A DNA stretch of 64,000 bases from the human T2T-CHM13v2.0 reference genome, Homo sapiens, in the NCBI RefSeq assembly GCF_009914755.1, contig NC_060942.1, one strand, 5' to 3'. Every line of letters starts with the position of its first letter. Position 1 is the first letter of the stretch. Positions 1-10,200 of this stretch are shown here, in pieces. A program made the position numbers and the translations under genes. The notes under the pieces were generated by a model, which was not told the origin of the DNA, made no database searches, and saw only the letters and a program-made list of their open reading frames with translations.

Positions 1-182
1 CGCTTTCAGGCCTACGTTGGAAAAGGAAATATCTTCCCATAACAACTAGACAGAAGCATTCTCAGAAACTAGTTTCTGATGTGTGTCCTCAACTAACACA
101 GTTGAACATTTCTTTAGACAGAACAGTTTTGAAACACTCTTTTTGTGGAATCTGCAAGTGGCTATTTGGCTAGATTTGAGGA

Positions 183-199
183 TTTCGTTGGAAACGGGA
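183..199 (+). promoter_or_regulatory. CENP-B box, m1 (repeats in each HOR)
   Basis: TTTCGTTGGAAACGGGA matches YTTCGTTGGAARCGGGA exactly. Confidence 0.97.
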
Positions 200-349
200 T
201 TACATATAAAAAGCAGACAGCAGCATTCTCAGAAAGTTCTTTGTGATGATTGCATTCAAGTCACAGAATTGAACATTCCCTTTCACAGAGCAGGTTTGAA
301 ACACTCTTTTTGTAGTGTGTGTAAGTGGACATTTGGAGCACTTTCCGGC

Positions 350-366
350 CTAAGGTGAAAAAGGAA
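350..366 (+). promoter_or_regulatory. pJalpha-type (A) box in m2; related boxes in all even monomers
   Basis: CTAAGGTGAAAAAGGAA lies at the position homologous to the CENP-B box. Other even monomers carry CTAYGTTGRAAARGGAA-like sequence. Confidence 0.75.
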
Positions 367-520
367 ATATCTTCCCATATAAACTAGACAGAAGCATTCT
401 CAGAAACTTACTCGTGATGTGTGTCCTCAACTAAAGGAGTAGAACCTTTCTTTTCATAGAGAAGTTTTGAAACGCTCTTTTTGTGGAATCTGCAAGTGGA
501 TATTTGGCTAGTTTGGAGGA

Positions 521-537
521 TTTCGTTGGAAGCGGGA
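521..537 (+). promoter_or_regulatory. CENP-B box, m3 (overlaps EcoRI site 536-541)
   Basis: TTTCGTTGGAAGCGGGA, canonical. Confidence 0.97.
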
Positions 538-858
538 ATTCATACAAATTGCAGACTGCAGCGTTCTGAGAAACATCTTTGTGATGTTTGTATTCAGGAC
601 ACAGAGTTGAACATTCCCTATCATAGAGCAGGTTTGAATCACTCCTTTTGCAGTATCTGGAAGTGGACATTTGGAGCGCTTTCAGGCCTATGTTGGAAAA
701 GGAAATATCTTCCCATAACAACTAGACAGAAGCATTCTCAGAAACTTATTTGAGATGTGTGTACTCAACTAAGAGAATTGAACCACCGTTTTGAAGGAGC
801 AGTTTTGAAACACTCTTTTTCTGGAATCTGCAAGTGGATATTTGGCTAGCTTTGGGGA

Positions 859-875
859 TTTCGCTGGAAGCGGGA
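859..875 (+). promoter_or_regulatory. CENP-B box, m5 variant (core intact)
   Basis: TTTCGCTGGAAGCGGGA retains the nTTCGnnnnAnnCGGGn core. Confidence 0.9.
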
Positions 876-1195
876 ATACATATAAAAAGCACACAGCAGC
901 GTTCTGAGAAACTGCTTTCTGATGTTTGCATTCAAGTCAAAAGTTGAACACTCCCTTTCATAGAGCAGTCCTGAAACACTCCTTTTGTAGTATCTGGAAC
1001 TGGACTTTTGGAGCGCTTTCAGGGCTAAGATGAAAAAGAAAATATCTTCCCATAAAAACTGGACAGAAGCATTCTCAGAAACTTGTTTATGCTGTATCTA
1101 CTCAACTAACAAAGTTGAACCTTTCTTTTGATAGAGCAGTTTTGAAATGCTCTTTTTGTGGAATCTGCAAGTGGATATTTGGCTAGTTTTGAGGA

Positions 1196-1212
1196 TTTCG
1201 TTGGAAGCGGGA
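1196..1212 (+). promoter_or_regulatory. CENP-B box, m7 (overlaps EcoRI site 1211-1216)
   Basis: TTTCGTTGGAAGCGGGA, canonical. Confidence 0.97.
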
Positions 1213-1533
1213 ATTCATACAAATTGCAGACTGCAGCGTTCTGAGAAACATCTTTGTGATGTTTGTATTCAGGAGAGAGAGTTGAACATTCCCTATCATA
1301 GAGCAGGTTGGAATCACTCCTTTTGTAGTATCTGGAAGTGGACATTTGGAGCGCTTTCAGGCCTATGTTGAAAAAGGAAATATCTTCCCATAACAACTAG
1401 ACACAAGCATTCTCAGAAACTTGTTTGTGATGTGTGCCCTCTACTGACAGAGTTGAACCTTTCTTTTCATAGAGCAGTTTTGAAACACTCTTTTTGTAGA
1501 ATCTGCAAGAGGATATTTGCATAGCTTTGAGGA

Positions 1534-1550
1534 TTTCGTGGGAAACGGGA
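1534..1550 (+). promoter_or_regulatory. CENP-B box, m9 variant (core intact)
   Basis: TTTCGTGGGAAACGGGA retains the 9 core bases. Confidence 0.9.
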
Positions 1551-1875
1551 TTGTCTTCAGGTAAAATCTAGACAGAAGCATTCTCAGAAACTTCTTTGGG
1601 ATGTTTGCATTCAAGTCACAGAGTAGAACATTCCCTTTGGTAGAGCAGGTTTGAAACACTCTTTTTGTAGTATCTGGAAGTGGACATTTGGAGCGCTTTC
1701 AGGCCTATGTTGGAAAGGGAAATATCTTCCCGTAACAACTAGGCAGAAGCATTCTCAGAAACTTATTTGAGATGTGTGTACTCAACTAAGAGAATTGAAC
1801 CACCGTTTTGAAGGAGCAGTTTTGAAACACTCTGTTTCTGGAATCTGCAAGAGGATATTTGCCTAGCCTTGAGGA

Positions 1876-1892
1876 TTTCGTTGGAAACGGGA
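1876..1892 (+). promoter_or_regulatory. CENP-B box, m11
   Basis: TTTCGTTGGAAACGGGA, canonical. Confidence 0.97.
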
Positions 1893-2091
1893 TTGTCTTC
1901 AGATCAAATCTAGACAGAAGCATTCTCAGAAACTTCTTTGGGATGTTTGCATTCAAGTCACAGAGTAGAACATTCCCTTTGGTAGAGCAGGTTTGAAACA
2001 CTCTTTTTTTAGTATATGGAAGTGGACATTTGGAGCGCTTTCAGGCCTACGTTGGAAAAGGAAATATCTTCCCATAACAACTACACAGAAG

Positions 2092-4296
2092 CATTCTCAG
2101 AAACTAGTTTCTGATGTGTGTCCTCAACTAACACAGTTGAACATTTCTTTAGACAGAACAGTTTTGAAACACTCTTTTGTGGAATCTGCAAGTGGCTATT
2201 TGGCTAGATTTGAGGATTTCGTTGGAAACGGGATTACATATAAAAAGCAGACAGCAGCATTCTCAGAAAGTTCTTTGTGATGATTGCATTCAAGTCACAG
2301 AATTGAACATTCCCTTTCACAGAGCAGGTTTGAAACACTCTTTTTGTAGTGTGTGTAAGTGGACATTTGGAGCACTTTCCGGCCTAAGGTGAAAAAGGAA
2401 ATATCTTCCCATAAAAACTAGACAGAAGCATTCTCAGAAACTTACTCGTGATGTGTGTCCTCAACTAAAGGAGTAGAACCTTTCTTTTCATAGAGAAGTT
2501 TTGAAACGCTCTTTTTGTGGAATCTGCAAGTGGATATTTGGCTAGTTTGGAGGATTTCGTTGGAAGCGGGAATTCATACAAATTGCAGACTGCAGCGTTC
2601 TGAGAAACATCTTTGTGATGTTTGTATTCAGGACACAGAGTTGAACATTCCCTATCATAGAGCAGGTTTGAATCACTCCTTTTGTAGTATCTGGAAGTGG
2701 ACATTTGGAGCGCTTTCAGGCCTATGTTGGAAAAGGAAATATCTTCCCATAACAACTAGACAGAAGCATTCTCAGAAACTTATTTGAGATGTGTGTACTC
2801 AACTAAGAGAATTGAACCACCGTTTTGAAGGAGCAGTTTTGAAACACTCTTTTTCTGGAATCTGCAAGTGGATATTTGGCTAGCTTTGGGGATTTCGCTG
2901 GAAGCGGGAATACATATAAAAAGCACACAGCAGCGTTCTGAGAAACTGCTTTGTGATGTTTGCATTCAAGTCAAAAGTTGAACACTCCCTTTCATAGAGC
3001 AGTCCTGAAACACTCCTTTTGTAGTATCTGGAACTGGACTTTTGGAGCGCTTTCAGGGCTAAGGTGAAAAAGGAAATATCTTCCCATAAAAACTGGACAG
3101 AAGCATTCTCAGAAACTTGTTTATGCTGTATCTACTCAACTAACAAAGTTGAACCTTTCTTTTGATAGAGCAGTTTTGAAATGCTCTTTTTGTGGAATCT
3201 GCAAGTGGATATTTGGCTAGTTTTGAGGATTTCGTTGGAAGCGGGAATTCATACAAATTGCAGACTGCAGCGTTCTGAGAAACATCTTTGTGATGTTTGT
3301 ATTCAGGACAGAGAGTTGAACATTCCCTATCATAGAGCAGGTTGGAATCACTCCTTTTGTAGTATCTGGAAGTGGACATTTGGAGCGCTTTCAGGCCTAT
3401 GTTGAAAAAGGAAATATCTTCCCATAACAACTAGACACAAGCATTCTCAGAAACTTGTTTGTGATGTGTGCCCTCTACTGACAGAGTTGAACCTTTCTTT
3501 TCATAGAGCAGTTTTGAAACACTCTTTTTGTAGAATCTGCAAGAGGATATTTGCATAGCTTTGAGGATTTCGTGGGAAACGGGATTGTCTTCAGGTAAAA
3601 TCTAGACAGAAGCATTCTCAGAAACTTCTTTGGGATGTTTGCATTCAAGTCACAGAGTAGAACATTCCCTTTGGTAGAGCAGGTTTGAAACACTCTTTTT
3701 GTAGTATCTGGAAGTGGACATTTGGAGCGCTTTCAGGCCTATGTTGGAAAGGGAAATATCTTCCCGTAACAACTAGGCAGAAGCATTCTCAGAAACTTAT
3801 TTGAGATGTGTGTCCTCAACTAAGAGAATTGAACCACCGTTTTGAAGGAGCAGTTTTGAAACACTCTTTTTCTGGAATCTGCAAGAGGATATTTGCCTAG
3901 CCTTGAGGATTTCGTTGGAAACGGGATTGTCTTCAGATCAAATCTAGACAGAAGCATTCTCAGAAACTTCTTTGGGATGTTTGCATTCAAGTCACAGAGT
4001 AGAACATTCCCTTTGGTAGAGCAGGTTTGAAACACTCTTTTTTTAGTATATGGAAGTGGACATTTGGAGCGCTTTCAGGCCTACGTTGGAAACGGGATTT
4101 TCTTCAGATCAAATCTAGACAGAAGCATTCTCAGAAACTTCTTTGGGATGTTTGCATTCAAGTCACAGAGTAGAACATTCCCTTTGGTAGAGCAGGTTTG
4201 AAACACTCTTTTTTTAGTATATGGAAGTGGACATTTGGAGCGCTTTCTGGCCTACGTTGGAAAAGGAAATATCTTCCCATAACAACTAGACAGAAG
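2092..4296 (+). repeat. 13-mer HOR structural variant (extra m12/m11 hybrid monomer at 3955-4125)
   Basis: The unit is 2205 bp (2035 - 1 + 171). m12 runs to CCTACGTTGGAAA, switches to the m11 tail CGGGATTTTCTTCAGATCAAATC, and m12 then repeats at 4126-4296. Confidence 0.95.
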
Positions 4297-7200
4297 CATT
4301 CTCAGAAACTAGTTTCTGATGTGTGTCCTCAACTAACACAGTTGAACATTTCTTTAGACAGAACAGTTTTGAAACACTCTTTTTGTGGAATCTGCAAGTG
4401 GCTATTTGGCTAGATTTGAGGATTTCGTTGGAAACGGGATTACATATAAAAAGCAGACAGCAGCATTCTCAGAAAGTTCTTTGTGATGATTGCATTCAAG
4501 TCACAGAATTGAACATTCCCTTTCACAGGGCTGGTTTGAAACACTCTTTTTGTAGTGTGTGTAAGTGGACATTTGGAGCACTTTCCGGCCTAAGGTGAAA
4601 AAGGAAATATCTTCCCATAAAAACTAGACAGAAGCATTCTCAGAAACTTACTCGTGATGTGTGTCCTCAACTAAAGGAGTAGAACCTTTCTTTTCATAGA
4701 GCCGTTTTGAAGCGCTCTTTTTGTGGAATCTGCAAGTGGATATTTGGCTAGTTTGGAGGATTTCGTTGGAAGCGGGAATTCATACAAATTGCAGACTGCA
4801 GCGTTCTGAGAAACATCTTTGTGATGTTTGTATTCAGGACACAGAGTTGAACATTCCCTATCATAGAGCAGGTTTGAATCACTCCTTTTGTAGTATCTGG
4901 AAGTGGACATTTGGAGCGCTTTCAGGCCTATGTTGGAAAAGGAAATATCTTCCCATAACAACTAGACAGAAGCATTCTCAGAAACTTATTTGAGATGTGT
5001 GTACTCAACTAAGAGAATTGAACCACCGTTTTGAAGGAGCAGTTTTGAAACACTCTTTTTCTGGAATCTGCAAGTGGATATTTGGCTAGCTTTGGGGATT
5101 TCGCTGGAAGCGGGAATACATATAAAAAGCACACAGCAGCGTTCTGAGAAACTGCTTTCTGATGTTTGCATTCAAGTCAAAAGTTGAACACTCCCTTTCA
5201 TAGAGCAGTCCTGAAACACTCCTTTTGTAGTATCTGGAACTGGACTTTTGGAGCGCTTTCAGGGCTAAGGTGAAAAAGGAAATATCTTCCCATAAAAACT
5301 GGACAGAAGCATTCTCAGAAACTTGTTTATGCTGTATCTACTCAACTAACAAAGTTGAACCTTTCTTTTGATAGAGCAGTTTTGAAATGCTCTTTTTGTG
5401 GAATCTGCAAGTGGATATTTGGCTAGTTTTGAGGATTTCGTTGGAAGCGGGAATTCATACAAATTGCAGACTGCAGCGTTCTGAGAAACATCTTTGTGAT
5501 GTTTGTATTCAGGACAGAGAGTTGAACATTCCCTATCATAGAGCAGGTTGGAATCACTCCTTTTGTAGTATCTGGAAGTGGACATTTGGAGCGCTTTCAG
5601 GCCTATGTTGAAAAAGGAAATATCTTCCCATAACAACTAGACACAAGCATTCTCAGAAACTTGTTTGTGATGTGTGCCCTCTAGTGACAGAGTTGAACCT
5701 TTCTTTTCATAGAGCAGTTTTGAAACACTCTTTTTGTAGAATCTGCAAGAGGATATTTGCATAGCTTTGAGGATTTCGTGGGAAACGGGATTGTCTTCAG
5801 GTAAAATCTAGACAGAAGCATTCTCAGAAACTTCTTTGGGATGTTTGCATTCATGTCACAGAGTAGAACATTCCCTTTGGTAGAGCAGGTTTGAAACACT
5901 CTTTTTATAGTATCTGGAAGTGGACATTTGGAGCGCTTTCAAGCCTATGTTGGAAAGGGAAATATCTTCCCGTAACAACTAGGCAGAAGCATTCTCAGAA
6001 ACTTATTTGAGATGTGTGTACTCAACTAAGAGAATTGAACCACCGTTTTGAAGGAGCAGTTTTGAAACACTCTTTTTCTGGAATCTGCAAGAGGATATTT
6101 GCCTAGCTTTGAGGATTTCGTTGGAAACGGGATTGTCTTCAGATCAAATCTAGACAGAAGCATTCTCAGAAACTTCTTTGGGATGTTTGCATTCAAGTCA
6201 CAGAGTAGAACATTCCCTTTGGTAGAGCAGGTTTGAAACACTCTTTTTTTAGTATATGGAAGTGGACATTTGGAGCGCTTTCAGGCCTACGTTGGAAAAG
6301 GAAATATCTTCCCATAACAATTAGACAGAAGCATTCTCAGAAACTAGTTTCTGATGTGTGTCCTCAACTAACACAGTTGAACATTTCTTTAGACAGAACA
6401 GTTTTGAAACTCTCTTTTTGTGGAATCTGCAAGTGGCTATTTGGCTAGATTTGAGGATTTCGTTGGAAACGGGATTACATATAAAAAGCAGACAGCAGCA
6501 TTCTCAGAAAGTTCTTTGTGATGATTGCATTCAAGTCACAGAATTGAACATTCCCTTTCACAGAGCAGGTTTGAAACACTCTTTTTGTAGTGTGTGTAAG
6601 TGGACATTTGGAGCACTTTCCGGCCTAAGGTGAAAAAGGAAATATCTTCCCATAAAAACTAGACAGAAGCATTCTAAGAAACTTACTCGTGATGTGTGTC
6701 CTCAACTAAAGGAGTAGAACCTTTCTTTTCATAGAGAAGTTTTGAAACGCTCTTTTTGTGGAATCTGCAAGTGGATATTTGGCTAGTTTGGAGGATTTCG
6801 TTGGAAGCGGGAATTCATACAAATTGCAGACTGCAGCGTTCTGAGAAACATCTTTGTGATGTTTGTATTCAGGACACAGAGTTGAACATTCCCTATCATA
6901 GAGCAGGTTTGAATCATTCCTTTTGTAGTATCTGGAAGTGGACATTTGGAGCGCTTTCAGGCCTATGTTGGAAAAGGAAATATCTTCCCATAACAACTAG
7001 ACAGAAGCATTCTCAGAAACTTATTTGAGATGTGTGTACTCAACTAAGAGAATTGAACCACCGTTTTGAAGGAGCAGTTTTGAAACACTCTTTTTCTGGA
7101 ATCTGCAAGTGGATATTTGGCTAGCTTTGGGGATTTCGCTGGAAGCGGGAATACATATAAAAAGCACACAGCAGCGTTCTGAGAAACTGCTTTCTGATGT

Positions 7201-10200
7201 TTGCATTCAAGTCAAAAGTTGAACACTCCCTTTCATAGAGCAGTCCTGAAACACTCCTTTTGTAGTATCTGGAACTGGACTTTTGGAGCGCTTTCAGGGC
7301 TAAGGTGAAAAAGGAAATATCTTCCCATAAAAACTGGACAGAAGCATTCTCAGAAACTTGTTTATGCTGTATCTACTCAACTAACAAAGTTGAACCTTTC
7401 TTTTGATAGAGCAGTTTTGAAATGCTCTTTTTGTGGAATCTGCAAGTGGATATTTGGCTAGTTTTGAGGATTTCGTTGGAAGCGGGAATTCATACAAATT
7501 GCAGACTGCAGCGTTCTGAGAAACATCTTTGTGATGTTTGTATTCAGGACAGAGAGTTGAACATTCCCTATCATAGAGCAGGTTGGAATCACTCCTTTTG
7601 TAGTATCTGGAAGTGGACATTTGGAGCGCTTTCAGGCCTATGTTGAAAAAGGAAATATCTTCCCATAACAACTAGACACAAGCATTCTCAGAAACTTGTT
7701 TGTGATGTGTGCCCTCTACTGACAGAGTTGAACCTTTCTTTTCATAGAGCAGTTTTGAAACACTCTTTTTGTAGAATCTGCAAGAGGATATTTGCATAGC
7801 TTTGAGGATTTCGTGGGAAACGGGATTGTCTTCAGGTAAAATCTAGACAGAAGCATTCTCAGAAACTTCTTTGGGATGTTTGCATTCAAGTCACAGAGCA
7901 GAACATTCCCTTTGGTAGAGCAGGTTTGAAACACTCTTTTTGTAGTATCTGGAAGTGGACATTTGGAGCGCTTTCAGGCCTATGTTGGAAAGGGAAATAT
8001 CTTCCCGTAACAACTAGGCAGAAGCATTCTCAGAAACTTATTTGAGATGTGTGTACTCAACTAAGAGAATTGAACCACCGTTTTGAAGGAGCAGTTTTGA
8101 AACACTCTTTTTCTGGAATCTGCAAGAGGATATTTGCCTAGCCTTGAGGATTTCGTTGGAAACGGGATTGTCTTCAGATCAAATCTAGACAGAAGCATTC
8201 TCAGAAACTTCTTTGGGATGTTTGCATTCAAGTCACAGAGTAGAACATTCCCTTTGGTAGAGCAGGTTTGAAACACTCTTTTTTTAGTATATGGAAGTGG
8301 ACATTTGGAGCGCTTTCAGGCCTACGTTGGAAAAGGAAATATCTTCCCATAACAACTAGACAGAAGCATTCTCAGAAACTAGTTTCTGATGTGTGTCCTC
8401 AACTAACACAGTTGAACATTTCTTTAGACAGAACAGTTTTGAAACTCTCTTTTTGTGGAATCTGCAAGTGGCTATTTGGCTAGATTTGAGGATTTCGTTG
8501 GAAACGGGATTACATATAAAAAGCAGACAGCAGCATTCTCAGAAAGTTCTTTGTGATGATTGCATTCAAGTCACAGAATTGAACATTCCCTTTCACAGAG
8601 CAGGTTTGAAACACTCTTTTTGTAGTGTGTGTAAGTGGACATTTGGAGCACTTTCCGGCCTAAGGTGAAAAAGGAAATATCTTCCCATAAAAACTAGACA
8701 GAAGCATTCTCAGAAACTTACTCGTGATGTGTGTCCTCAACTAAAGGAGTAGAACCTTTGTTTTCATAGAGAAGTTTTGAAACGCTCTTTTTGTGGAATC
8801 TGCAAGTGGATATTTGGCTAGTTTTGAGGATTTCGTTGGAAGCGGGAATTCATACAAATTGCAGACTGCAGCGTTCTGAGAAACATCTTTGTGATGTTTG
8901 TATTCAGGACACAGAGTTGAACATTCCCTATCATAGAGCAGGTTGGAATCACTCCTTTTGTAGTATCTGGAAGTGGACATTTGGAGCGCTTTCAGGCCTA
9001 TGTTGGAAAAGGAAATATCTTCCCATAACAACTAGACAGAAGCATTCTCAGAAACTTATTTGAGATGTGTGTACTCAACTAAGAGAATTGAACCACCGTT
9101 TTGAAGGAGCAGTTTTGAAACACTCTTTTTCTGGAATCTGCAAGTGGATATTTGGCTAGCTTTGGGGATTTCGCTGGAAGCGGGAATACATATAAAAAGC
9201 ACACAGCAGCGTTCTGAGAAACTGCTTTCTGATGTTTGCATTCAAGTCAAAAGTTGAACACTCCCTTTCATAGAGCAGTCCTGAAACACTCCTTTTGTAG
9301 TATCTGGAACTGGACTTTTGGAGCGCTTTCAGGGCTAAGGTGAAAAAGGAAATATCTTCCCATAAAAACTGGACAGAAGCATTCTCAGAAACTTGTTTAT
9401 GCTGTATCTACTCAACTAACAAAGTTGAACCTTTCTTTTGATAGAGCAGTTTTGAAATGCTCTTTTTGTGGAATCTGCAAGTGGATATTTGGCTAGTTTT
9501 GAGGATTTCGCTGGACTCGGGAATTCATACAAATTGCAGACTGCAGCGTTCTGAGAAACATCTTTGTGATGTTTGTATTCAGGACAGAGAGTTGAACATT
9601 CCCTATCATAGAGCAGGTTGGAATCACTCCTTTTATAGTATCTGGAAGTGGACATTTGGAGCGCTTTCAGGCCTATGTTGAAAAAGGAAATATCTTCCCA
9701 TAACAACTAGACACAAGCATTCTCAGAAACTTGTTTGTGATGTGTGCCCTCTAGTGACAGAGTTGAACCTTTCTTTTCATAGAGCAGTTTTGAAACACTC
9801 TTTTTGTAGAATCTGCAAGAGGATATTTGCATAGCTTTGAGGATTTCGTGGGAAACGGGATTGTCTTCAGGTAAAATCTAGACAGAAGCATTCTCAGAAA
9901 CTTCTTTGGGATGTTTGCATTCAAGTCACAGAGTGGAACATTCCCTTTGGTAGAGCAGGTTTGAAACACTCTTTTTGTAGTATCTGGAAGTGGACATTTG
10001 GAGCGCTTTCAGGCCTATGTTGGAAAGGGAAATATCTTCCCGTAACAACTAGGCAGAAGCATTCTCAGAAACTTATTTGAGATGTGTGTACTCAACTAAG
10101 AGAATTGAACCACCGTTTTGAAGGAGCAGTTTTGAAACACTCTTTTTCTGGAATCTGCAAGAGGATATTTGCCTAGCCTTGAGGATTTCGTTGGAAACGG

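Larger units (their letters stand above)
57..2091 (+). repeat. Representative canonical 12-mer HOR unit (2035 bp); probably human chr18 D18Z1 / S2C18H1L, SF2 dimeric family
   Basis: Monomer starts at 57, 224, 395, 562, 733, 900, 1070, 1237, 1408, 1579, 1750, 1921, next unit 2092. CENP-B and pJalpha-type monomers alternate. EcoRI GAATTC at 536 and 1211, next at about 2570, gives about 0.68 and 1.36 kb fragments, as I recall for D18Z1. The chromosome call is from memory, not alignment. Confidence 0.8.

Noticed and set aside
59-67. Short dyads (TTCTCAGAA, GTTTGAAAC, GCAGCGTTCTGAGAAACTGC) as terminators or ncRNA hairpins
   Set aside because: These are very short stems intrinsic to alphoid monomers and already known as generic dyad symmetry. 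Nothing here supports a discrete RNA gene or terminator.
202-212. TATA-like ACATATAAAAA in the m1 and m5 tails as a promoter
   Set aside because: It is an AT-rich motif repeated in every HOR. Alpha-satellite transcription is known, but start sites cannot be inferred from sequence alone.
57-2091. Assignment to DXZ1 (also a ~2 kb 12-mer)
   Set aside because: DXZ1 is a pentameric SF3 HOR of about 2057 bp. This unit is 2035 bp with strict dimeric A/B alternation and a 0.68/1.36 kb EcoRI pattern.
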